Assembly (NCBI GenBank): GCA_039815185.1
Contig: JBCBZT010000004.1
Coordinates: 128,001-192,000, forward strand
Source: Cyanobacteria bacterium P01_A01_bin.123
GTDB taxonomy: Bacteria; Cyanobacteriota; Cyanobacteriia; Phormidesmidales; Phormidesmidaceae
DNA: 64,000 bases
Direction: 5' to 3'
The notes under the pieces were generated by a model that was given only the letters and a program-made list of their open reading frames with translations, was not told the DNA's origin and ran no database searches. A program made the position numbers and the translations under genes. Within the stretch, counting starts at the first letter, position 1; each line of letters starts with the position of its first letter. Shown here one piece after another: positions 50,808 to 59,429 of this stretch.

Positions 50808-51370
50808 GGATATAAGTCGTTTTGGTGAATGTAAGCTCGAATAAAAGTGGGGACACCGCTGGCTTCTTCATTTTGGCGGTAGCGGGTAGATGAGACATCA
50901 TGGAGCTCGGGCATGTTGGCGATCGCGATCGCAGCCCCCTGATTTCTCAATTCGGCTAAATCCTCTGAGTTGATCGCATAACCCGGTCTGGGAAATACCA
51001 ACACATTGACCTGCTGCAGGATATCTGTAGACCGATACCAACGAGGCAGTTGCTTTACTAGATCAGCCCCAACCACTAGCACTAACTGGGCATCGGGCCA
51101 AATTTCACGCGCTCGCTCAATGGTAATAACGGTGCGTTGATGGCTGAGGTCGCGGTGCAGTTGCACATTTTGATGGGGCACGGGCAGGTTTTGAATCAGC
51201 AGATCCAACATATTGGAACGCTTTTCTAGGGAAGTTTGGTGCTGCTTAAAGGGATTGTCGGCGGCCCACACTGCCACGTGGTCAAACCGATGGGCCAGCC
51301 AGGTCAAAATAGCCTGGTGTCCCTGATGGGGTGGATCAGCACTGGTACCAAATAATGCAATGCGAGTCAT
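50768..51370 (-). CDS. nadD: Nicotinate-nucleotide adenylyltransferase
   Basis: LFGTSADPPHQGH, VVGADL, VSST. Confidence 0.93.
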   Translation of the reverse strand: MTRIALFGTSADPPHQGHQAILTWLAHRFDHVAVWAADNPFKQHQTSLEKRSNMLDLLIQNLPVPHQNVQLHRDLSHQRTVITIERAREIWPDAQLVLVVGADLVKQLPRWYRSTDILQQVNVLVFPRPGYAINSEDLAELRNQGAAIAIANMPELHDVSSTRYRQNEEASGVPTFIRAYIHQNDLYPCAANSRETLPTR

Positions 51371-51413
51371 AGGCCAGAGTAATGGGGTCAAAATCTGAAG
51401 TCTGGGTCTGGGA

Positions 51414-52787
51414 TTAGGGTGTTGTTGAACGTTGACGTGTTGCTTGGGTGAGCGAGTCGAGACTAGAAGACAGATTTACCGCAAAGGGAGCCGGATTGCC
51501 GATCTGGCGCACCGCTGGGGGTAAGCTGGTCACCGATTTAGCTGTGCGAGCGGCAATGGTGGTCAAATCATCATCGGCATAGAGCTGCTGACCTTGTTTA
51601 ATGACGGGTTGTAGCAGGGAGGTTTCCCTAGGGGCTACTGAGTCGGTGGCTAATCCTAAGCGATCGCTTAGAATTAGCCCATTCTCAACCCGGCGAAAGA
51701 TTTGCTTGCGGCCAGGGTAGGTCAGCTTGCCGCTAGATTCTTTCATCACGGGAATCCCTTCAATCTCTACCAGTTTATAAACGCCGTTGACCGGACGACC
51801 TGTGACCAGCTTCGTACCGATACCGTAACCGTCGATCACGGCTCCGGCTTGTTTTAACCGCAAGATTTCAGATTCATCCAGGTCGCCACTAGCAAAGATA
51901 GGGACTCCCGGCAGTAGCGATCGCACCTGGTTTGTCACCGTTGTCAAATCTCCCGAATCAATCCGCACCCCGGCCAAAGTGCCTTCCCCAGCTTCCAACG
52001 TTTGAGCCAAGTGGCGAGCCGCCGCTAGGGTGTCATAGGTGTCAATTAGCAAGGGGGCACCGGGAAAGTAGCGGTGAAAGGCGGCAAAAGCCTCAGTTTC
52101 GCTACCTTCTAGGGCCGCGATCGCCATGACTAAAGCATGGGCCATGGTGCCGGTAGGGTTTTGCCCCAGTTGTAGCGCTGCTAGGACGTTGGAGGTGGCG
52201 TTGAATCCACCTGCGATCGCGGCCCGCGCGGCCCACACTGACGCTTGAGGACTAAACGCACGACGGGTGCCAAACTCTAAAATTGTAGCCTCGGCCCCGG
52301 CTACGTCTCGCATGCGTGCTGCCCGTGTTGCAATTAGGGTTTGGTAATTGAGAGTGTTGAGTAAGTAGGTTTCCACCAGTTGGGCCTGCCACAACGGCGC
52401 TTCAACTCGCAATAGGGGTTCATTGGCAAACACCGCTGTGCCTTCGGGAACAGCCCACAGGTCTCCCGTGAACTTGGCATCGGTGAGCAATTGCCAAAAG
52501 GCGGCGGGGGCATGGTGAAAAATGCCAGACGCTTGCAGCTGTTCAATTTGAGCTGAGCCAAAGCGTAAGTTTGCTAGATAATCAATCACCTGGGCTAGTC
52601 CCATGGCAATCAGATACCCGAACCCCTCTGGTAGGCGGCGGGTAAACAACTCAAAACTGGCGGGACGCTGATCAATGCCTTCGCCCACATAGCACGCTGC
52701 CATGGTGAGCTGATAGAGATCAGTGAGCAACCCATAATCTTCAGAACAGATATTTAGAGAAGCGGTTGGAGAAGCAGCAGTGTTCAT
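51414..52787 (-). CDS. pncB: Nicotinate phosphoribosyltransferase
   Basis: LLTDLYQLTM, EFGTRR, GTMAH, LIDTYD, RIDSGD, VYKLVE. Confidence 0.95.
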   Translation of the reverse strand: MNTAASPTASLNICSEDYGLLTDLYQLTMAACYVGEGIDQRPASFELFTRRLPEGFGYLIAMGLAQVIDYLANLRFGSAQIEQLQASGIFHHAPAAFWQLLTDAKFTGDLWAVPEGTAVFANEPLLRVEAPLWQAQLVETYLLNTLNYQTLIATRAARMRDVAGAEATILEFGTRRAFSPQASVWAARAAIAGGFNATSNVLAALQLGQNPTGTMAHALVMAIAALEGSETEAFAAFHRYFPGAPLLIDTYDTLAAARHLAQTLEAGEGTLAGVRIDSGDLTTVTNQVRSLLPGVPIFASGDLDESEILRLKQAGAVIDGYGIGTKLVTGRPVNGVYKLVEIEGIPVMKESSGKLTYPGRKQIFRRVENGLILSDRLGLATDSVAPRETSLLQPVIKQGQQLYADDDLTTIAARTAKSVTSLPPAVRQIGNPAPFAVNLSSSLDSLTQATRQRSTTP

Positions 52788-52802
52788 AAATAGCTTGATG
52801 AC

Positions 52803-52823
52803 TTATGGTTATTTTAACCAAAA
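52803..52823. promoter_or_regulatory. NrtR operator
   Basis: 21-bp pseudo-palindrome TTATGGTTATTTTAACCAAAA with GT-N7-AC core, 15 bp upstream of pncB. Confidence 0.8.
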
Positions 52824-53148
52824 ATATTGAGGCGATTCCAGATTTTTTGATCGAATTTAGATAAAGATTCTATGTTGTCACGCAGTTCTGACGGTAGCTA
52901 TAGCAGGGCTAGTGGAATCTAACCACTGTGTTATCTATATTTAGGGTGATTCGATAAAATTAATTTAGTAAGTATTAGTAGATTGGCTTAAAACTAATCC
53001 TTTCCCTATTGCAATACAAACCCTAAACCATTGCTGTGATCTGTTTAACAGTGGGAGTAATTGCAGGATTAAGGGTGCGGTCGATGCTACGCTTTGGCGT
53101 TGCGACGGCTACCAATAGTGGGCCTAAAAGCCCCTTGGGACGTGGCTT

Positions 53149-53183
53149 CTGCAATCCAAAATCGCCAATCTAAAATCCAAAAT
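53149..53183 (+). repeat. Cyanobacterial heptamer tandem repeat (AAATCCA type)
   Basis: CTGCAATCCAAAATCGCCAATCTAAAATCCAAAAT. Confidence 0.7.
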
Positions 53184-53295
53184 TGGTAGCCTAGCGGTGA
53201 GATTGATCTAAGAGGCATCGCAGCCAGAGCGGGATAAATAGAAGCGGTCAAGATATGCTGAGAATAAGCAGTTCCCGTAAGTTTGCAGTGCAACT

Positions 53296-54171
53296 ATGAT
53301 CGGCCAGTCTCAACCCCCAACCTGGATCACTGTGCTTCGTCTCCTCCGTTGGGATAAACCCACGGGGCGATTGATTTTGATGATCCCGGCTTTGTGGGCC
53401 GTGTTTTTAGCAGGGCGCGGAACACCGCCAATGCTGCTGGTGGCTGTGATCATTTTAGGCAGCTTAGCGACCAGTGCTGGGGGATGTGTGGTGAATGATC
53501 TTTGGGATCGCAATATTGATCCCAAAGTAAAACGAACACGAAATCGGCCCTTGGCATCGCGGGCACTCTCCGTCAGGGTTGGGTTAGTTGTGGCCGCGAT
53601 CGCCTTCTTGTGTGCCTATGGACTCTCCCTATTTCTTACGCCCCTGAGTTTTGGGTTGTGCGTGGCGGCCGTGCCTGTGATTGTGTTCTATCCCCTGGCT
53701 AAGCGGGTGTTTCCGGTACCGCAGTTGGTGCTGGCGATCGCTTGGGGGTTCGCCGTACTGATTAGCTGGAGTGCGGTGACGGGTAGTCTGGAACCTGCAA
53801 CTTGGCTACTGTGGGCGGCTACGGTGCTGTGGACGCTGGGTTTTGACACGGTGTACGCCATTCCCGATCGTGACTATGACCGCAAGCTAAAGGTGAATTC
53901 GAGTGCGCTGTTTTTTGGTGATGGAACGCCCTTTGCCATTGGCGTCTTCTTTACGGCGACGGCTCTAATATTGGGATGGCTAGGGATCATGATGGCCTTA
54001 AGTGTGGTTTATTGGATAACTTTGGCGATCGCAGCAGCCCTTTGGATTCGGCAAGTGTGGCGACTCACTCGCCGCAATCCGCCAGGGACGCTCTATGGAA
54101 GCATTTTTCGCGAAAATGTTTATCTTGGCTTTGGCTTACTCGCTGGCATGATTGTTGGCAGCTTAGGTTAA
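53296..54171 (+). CDS. plqA: 4-hydroxybenzoate solanesyltransferase (plastoquinone synthesis)
   Basis: LLRWDKPTGRLILMIP, NDLWDRNID..RTRNRPL, FDTVYA..D. Confidence 0.93.
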   Translation: MIGQSQPPTWITVLRLLRWDKPTGRLILMIPALWAVFLAGRGTPPMLLVAVIILGSLATSAGGCVVNDLWDRNIDPKVKRTRNRPLASRALSVRVGLVVAAIAFLCAYGLSLFLTPLSFGLCVAAVPVIVFYPLAKRVFPVPQLVLAIAWGFAVLISWSAVTGSLEPATWLLWAATVLWTLGFDTVYAIPDRDYDRKLKVNSSALFFGDGTPFAIGVFFTATALILGWLGIMMALSVVYWITLAIAAALWIRQVWRLTRRNPPGTLYGSIFRENVYLGFGLLAGMIVGSLG

Positions 54172-54218
54172 ATCACAAAATCCCAAGCTGGACTTGTTGA
54201 CATCCTAGTTTTCAATTA

Positions 54219-55070
54219 ATGAGCGCTAAAAGCAGCAAAGACAAGGCGCACTTTTGGCGTGATTCGCTGTTAGGCGATTTGGAATTTCTCCATGCTAACT
54301 ATGTCACCCATTCTTTTGTTCGGCACGCCCACGATGAGTTTGCGATTGGTGTTATTTACGCAGGGGTGCAGGCTGTTGGCTATCGGCGCGCGGATCAGCT
54401 ATTGATGCCCGCTGGCAGTATTGCGGCAATTAACCCAGGCGAAATGCATACAGGCTATGCGGCAAATCCGGAAGAGGGTTGGCGATATCGCATGTTTTAC
54501 CCAAAACCTGATTTGTTGAAGCGGGTTTTCGTCGAAATCACAGGCCGAGAACACGATGTTCCCTTTTTGACTCAGCCCGTTATTTTTGATGACCGATTGG
54601 CGCGTAAAATTTATCGGATGCACTGTGTCCTCGAATCACCGGAAACATCAGCGATAGAGCGCGAAACCTACTTGCTTGACGTGCTGGCGCAGCTTGTCAT
54701 TGGCTACGCAGATAGCCGGCCTGTCATCCTACCGCTTCAACCAGAAGATAGTATCGTGCAACGCATCCGCAATTATTTGATGGTCAACTATCGTCACAAT
54801 GTTTCGTTAACGGAGTTGTCTGGTCTAACCAATCTGAGCAAGTTCTACGTCTGTCGAGTCTTCAAGGAAGCAATGGGTCTACCGCCCCATGCTTATCTCA
54901 ATCTCATCCGGGTTCATCAGGCAAAGCAACTTCTGAAACTCGGTATCCCAATTGCAGAAGTTGCCTTGAATGTTGGTTTCTTCGACCAAACCCATTTAAA
55001 CAAACGATTTAAGGGTGTTTTGGGAGTTACGCCCAGACAATATGCCAAAGGCGCCACAAGAACTTACTAG
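54219..55070 (+). CDS. AraC family transcriptional regulator
   Basis: RHAHDEF, INPGEMHTG cupin; C-terminal GFFDQTHLNKRFK..GVTP. Confidence 0.94.
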   Translation: MSAKSSKDKAHFWRDSLLGDLEFLHANYVTHSFVRHAHDEFAIGVIYAGVQAVGYRRADQLLMPAGSIAAINPGEMHTGYAANPEEGWRYRMFYPKPDLLKRVFVEITGREHDVPFLTQPVIFDDRLARKIYRMHCVLESPETSAIERETYLLDVLAQLVIGYADSRPVILPLQPEDSIVQRIRNYLMVNYRHNVSLTELSGLTNLSKFYVCRVFKEAMGLPPHAYLNLIRVHQAKQLLKLGIPIAEVALNVGFFDQTHLNKRFKGVLGVTPRQYAKGATRTY

Positions 55071-55143
55071 AGCTTTACCGAGCTTTCTCCTAAACTCAGC
55101 CTAATCTTTGATTCATGTCGGCAGATCTATCGACTTAGGAAAT

Positions 55144-56061
55144 ATGGGGCGCTTACGCATTTTTTACGCTGCTTATCTAGCACTGGGTATCATCTGGGGA
55201 ACTAACTTCCTTTATATGAAATGGGCCGCCCAGATCATTACGCCATCACAGATTGTTTTTTTAAGAGTCATGTCTGGCTTTTTACCTGTGCTTGCCGTTG
55301 CCATAGTCCAACGCCAAATTCGACTGTCGCACCTAAAACTAGCGCATCACTTTTTTGTGATGTCCCTCTTGGCAACAACGATTTATTTTTATTGCTTTGT
55401 TAAGGGAACGGCGCTCTTGAATTCTGGCATCGCAGGTGCATTAAGTGGTTCCATCCCGATCTTTTCCGCGATCGCAGCACTTTTGTTTTTGAAAGGGGAA
55501 AAGATCAATATTCTGAAATCTATTGGGATTCTGATTGGCTTTGTAGGGGTCTTACTAATTGCCAAGCCTTGGGATGCAGGTGCAACAGAGCTTAATATCA
55601 GTGGTGTGGTGTACATGGTGCTAGGCTCACTAAGCGTTGGTGCGTCATTTGTTTATGCGAAGAAATTCTTAGCAGGGCAAGACATACCCGCAGCAGCATT
55701 AACGTCGTACCAGATGCTATTTGCTTTGGTGAGCATGGCCTTAATCAATGATTTTCAAGGCATTACTTTAATCCGAAGCGATATTCAAGCACTACTGGGT
55801 GTGATTCTAGGGTTAGGTATTCTCGGTACGGGTTTAGCTTATGTGTTGTATTACTTAATTGTTGAAAATCTTGGCGCAATCATGGCATCATCGGTCACTT
55901 ATATTCCGCCTGTGATTGCATTATTCATAGGATTCTTCATCGCTGGAGAAATGATCGTCATTACTGACTGGATCGGGATGTTGATCATTCTATTTGGCGT
56001 TTACATATTGAGATTAGGCTCAAAGCAAAAAAAAGAGCCTTCAACAAGTCAGGATTTTTGA
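55144..56061 (+). CDS. EamA/DMT family transporter
   Basis: LGIIWGTNF, GTGLAY, VTYIPPV; about 10 TM. Confidence 0.92.
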   Translation: MGRLRIFYAAYLALGIIWGTNFLYMKWAAQIITPSQIVFLRVMSGFLPVLAVAIVQRQIRLSHLKLAHHFFVMSLLATTIYFYCFVKGTALLNSGIAGALSGSIPIFSAIAALLFLKGEKINILKSIGILIGFVGVLLIAKPWDAGATELNISGVVYMVLGSLSVGASFVYAKKFLAGQDIPAAALTSYQMLFALVSMALINDFQGITLIRSDIQALLGVILGLGILGTGLAYVLYYLIVENLGAIMASSVTYIPPVIALFIGFFIAGEMIVITDWIGMLIILFGVYILRLGSKQKKEPSTSQDF

Positions 56062-56120
56062 GGCGATCGCCACACCATACAGTATCGTTCAGATGATAGG
56101 GTTCAACGTTATTTTGTGTT

Positions 56121-56456
56121 ATGTCTGATAACTCTGATTTATTCTGCCAGCATTGGTGCCATTCTCAAGCAGAATCCTCGCGTGAAGTCATGGTTTATTA
56201 CACGGCGAGCTATCCACTGCCCGCGTCTAGGGGACGAACCGGACTGATCTTCAAACCAAGTGGTGAATTTATAAAACAGGTGATTGCCCCCACTTGTGGA
56301 TTAGAAGATATACCTGGAACTTGGCAGTGGCAGCCTAACGGCAATGTGTTCATTCAAGTTCCTGACGAGCAAATTAGCACTGAGTTGATTATCGTCTCAT
56401 TAACCGAGCAACAGCTTTGTATTCAGGCGGCGGCATGGTTGCTCTATCGTTTATAG
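56121..56456 (+). CDS. Hypothetical protein (lipocalin-like)
   Basis: WCHSQAE..MVY...YPLPASRGR.G..F; GTW. Confidence 0.65.
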   Translation: MSDNSDLFCQHWCHSQAESSREVMVYYTASYPLPASRGRTGLIFKPSGEFIKQVIAPTCGLEDIPGTWQWQPNGNVFIQVPDEQISTELIIVSLTEQQLCIQAAAWLLYRL

Positions 56457-56637
56457 ATTTTCTGAACTGTGCAGCGTTCATTCTGTTTTTACCCTGGTAT
56501 TTTGGCTGGGAGGTTGGGAGACTATTTTGCTATCTCTACTCCTCGCTACTTAAGCCAAATCTCAAGAGAGCGGACGTGATTTATCGTCTTCTGCGCGCTT
56601 TGTTTGCTAAAAACGCAAACTCCCAATCGGATGTGGT

Positions 56638-57191
56638 TTATAACATTCTGAGTTTTGCAATGACCGGACGATGGTCAGACACGCCGGGAGGCGGTGTAAT
56701 CACTTGATCAACGCTAATACTTTGACTGGTAAAGATGTGATCGATCGGCAATTTAAAGGGTAGCTTTAACCGATCAAGTCGAGACAACGGACGTGCCGAA
56801 CTGCTATAAGACCAAGTCGGATTTAGACCGTGGCCCAAATTCACACTGCGTAGTTTTGACCGACGCATAAAGTCCCGGAAATAAGGAGACCAAGAGGTGA
56901 GGTTAAAGTTGCCCATCATGATTGTGGTGAGCTGCTGTTGCGCTGCATATGCTGCTAACGAAGCCATGGCCTGGTTTCGACTTATAAAGTTGTATTTAGA
57001 GACAGGTGCCAAGGGATGAGCAACCACAACTCGAACGCTTTTCCCTTGAACATCTACGATGGCAAAGCTGAGAACCAGAGGTAGCCTGCGCCTAAAAGTT
57101 CAAACAATCAAAATCGATACCATTGACCTGAAGAAAAGCTGAGCCCCAATAAGATAATTGCAATTGGCCAAAGCAAAATACTCAGGAGCAT
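56638..57191 (-). pseudogene. Endonuclease/exonuclease/phosphatase (YafD-like) pseudogene
   Basis: N-terminus MLLSILLWPIAIILLGLSFSSGQWYRF*LFELLG with TGA at 57108-57110; joined out of frame to a C-terminus AHP..GNFNLTSWS..PIDHIF..SDHRPV; middle region missing. Confidence 0.75.
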
Positions 57192-57286
57192 GGAATCTTC
57201 TTCCGTTGTCTGGTTATCCAAAACTAGAAACCAAAAATGGCAGCTGCAATGGTGTTAGACAATCTTGAAGCAACACTTGTGCGCAA

Positions 57287-58105
57287 TCATGGGCTCTTGT
57301 GAATTTGCTGTTCTAATCGATGAGCTAACCACAGATCCATAAACGGTCTAGGAGACTTTAAGCGCTTCCACAAAAATGCTGCATAGGCTTGCCGTCTCCG
57401 TTCAAGCTTCTGGGCAGACGCTGCTGGAGGTAGCAGCGGTTGGAGAAAACAATCTGGAATTTGTGCAATCACATCCTGCAGAACTTCAGTAGATAGCCTT
57501 GCGGTCAATTCCCTATCCCAGATATCCAAGTTACGAACCTTGTCCCAAAAGAGGTGACGATCCATCGCATACTTCATGCTGCGGGGAGACGATTCTCGAA
57601 CAGCAGACCAGTTATATTGGAAAGGAAGAGAGGCTCCGTGGTCGATCACCCAAAGTTTGTCTCGCCAACGCAGCAGATTTGGATTCCAAGCGGTGCGATC
57701 GACATTCATTACCAAGCTATCGAGCCAAAGCACCTGACAGGCAAGGTTCTCATCAATGGCCTCAATCTCGTTGGCATGGATATCTTTTGCCCCTTTCAGG
57801 TACTGAAAGCCCAAGTTGATGCCGTGGCTGGCCACGAGGAGATCTCTCAATTCATCTTCGCGGTCTTCGATTTTCAGCGAAGTATCGATTGAGATCAGCA
57901 CTCGACTTGGCATCCATAGCCCCAAAGCTTCAGCCAGCGCGGCAACAATGACCTCCGCTACCAGTGCCGATGTGCCTTGAGCTGCACCACGCAGCTTCGT
58001 CAAAAAATATCCGGCATCCGTTTCAATTAAGATGGGCCGTGAACTGCCAAGCTTCTGAGCTGAGACAACCCGGAGCGCAGAGTAGATTGGAATGGCATTA
58101 CCCAT
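57287..58105 (-). CDS. HipA-like (HipA_2 type) kinase
   Basis: GSSRP, KLRGAAQG...LVAEVI, NVDRT.WNPNLL, WVIDHGASL. Confidence 0.85.
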   Translation of the reverse strand: MGNAIPIYSALRVVSAQKLGSSRPILIETDAGYFLTKLRGAAQGTSALVAEVIVAALAEALGLWMPSRVLISIDTSLKIEDREDELRDLLVASHGINLGFQYLKGAKDIHANEIEAIDENLACQVLWLDSLVMNVDRTAWNPNLLRWRDKLWVIDHGASLPFQYNWSAVRESSPRSMKYAMDRHLFWDKVRNLDIWDRELTARLSTEVLQDVIAQIPDCFLQPLLPPAASAQKLERRRQAYAAFLWKRLKSPRPFMDLWLAHRLEQQIHKSP

Positions 58106-58307
58106 ACTTAAAATAGGATGCAGGGCTGGTTTGTGGGGCACACATCAAGGAAAAGTAAACTTGCCCGGCACCCCTACAGGTAAAATTATGGATCTCGGGT
58201 ACAGGCAAGATTGAGGGATTTAGTCTCATTTTTAGTAACCAGAGACAAGGGGAGAAATCTGGTTGCTAGGGTAATAATTGAGTTTCCCTGAGGAGGAGTT
58301 GTTCATA

Positions 58308-59429
58308 ATGCGCGTTCGTTACTTAGGCTTGAGTCTCGTCAGTGTAGTAGCAGTGGCAGGTATCAATCTGCCCATCGTTCAAAGGGCGATCGCAGATATC
58401 GGCCCCATCCCCCCAATGGCCCAGCAATTACCCAATGATCCACCTGGAGATGAATCGTCCTCCAGCCCCTCTAATCTCCCTACCTTAGTACGCAACAGCT
58501 TGCGATTGCACATTGCTCAAAATACTGGTGTCCCTTACTCGTTAGTGCAGGTTGTTAGCGCTACTGCCGAAATCTGGACAGATTCGTGTCTGGGGTTAGG
58601 TGGCCCAGCAGAATCTTGTTTGGCTGCACGCTATCCCGGTTGGCGAGTTGAACTCACTGATGGCAACCAAACCTGGATTTATCGCAGCGATCGCACCGGC
58701 AATATCCTCCGTCGAGAATCGCCACAAAATGAAGCGTCAGGCTTGCCGCCGGAAACCGCTCAACGGATTGTTGATACTGTAGCCAACGATCGAGGCCTGC
58801 TGCCGTCCCAAGTTGAGATTATTGCTGCCGAATCCCGTACCTGGGATGGTTGCTTAGGCATTTATCCCGAAGCCAATACCATTTGCACCCAAATTGCGAT
58901 CTCCGGTTGGCGCGTGATCGTAGCTACCCCAGATCAGGTGCAGGTTTATCACACCAACCAAGATGGCAGCAATAGTCGGCTCAACCCATTGCTGACCCAA
59001 GTGGGGGATGCTAGCATTGCGCCTCGATTTCTCACAGGCCCTTTGCCAACCACCTATGAAGCCCCACCCCAATCCGTGTTGACCATTATCACCAGTGGCG
59101 GAATTGCTGGGCGTATCTATAAGACAGTACTCTACAGCGATCGCTCAATAGTCGGCTTCGACATAATCGGCAATCAAATTAACACACCTGCGGATTTAGG
59201 CCGTTTATCATCCCAAGACTACAACACCTTTTTACGTTTGCTTGAGACCCAACAGCTAAGAACCTTTAATGGCCTCCACTATCCTTCCCCCGAAGGTGCC
59301 GCCGATGATATTACGGTCACTCTAATCTCCGGCACCAATCAAGTCATTCAATATTCCGATATTGCGGTCAATCAACTCCCGTCTAGCCTGCAGCTCATAC
59401 ATCAAGGCTGGTTTGAACTGATTAATTAG
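58308..59429 (+). CDS. Secreted protein with two Cys-containing repeats and a C-terminal domain
   Basis: Signal peptide; twice W.D.CLG....C....GW.V; C-terminal TSGGIAG...GAAD. Confidence 0.8.
   Translation: MRVRYLGLSLVSVVAVAGINLPIVQRAIADIGPIPPMAQQLPNDPPGDESSSSPSNLPTLVRNSLRLHIAQNTGVPYSLVQVVSATAEIWTDSCLGLGGPAESCLAARYPGWRVELTDGNQTWIYRSDRTGNILRRESPQNEASGLPPETAQRIVDTVANDRGLLPSQVEIIAAESRTWDGCLGIYPEANTICTQIAISGWRVIVATPDQVQVYHTNQDGSNSRLNPLLTQVGDASIAPRFLTGPLPTTYEAPPQSVLTIITSGGIAGRIYKTVLYSDRSIVGFDIIGNQINTPADLGRLSSQDYNTFLRLLETQQLRTFNGLHYPSPEGAADDITVTLISGTNQVIQYSDIAVNQLPSSLQLIHQGWFELIN

Noticed and set aside
56417..56707. 96-aa plus-strand ORF
   Set aside because: Weak start, overlaps neighbours on both sides, no motif
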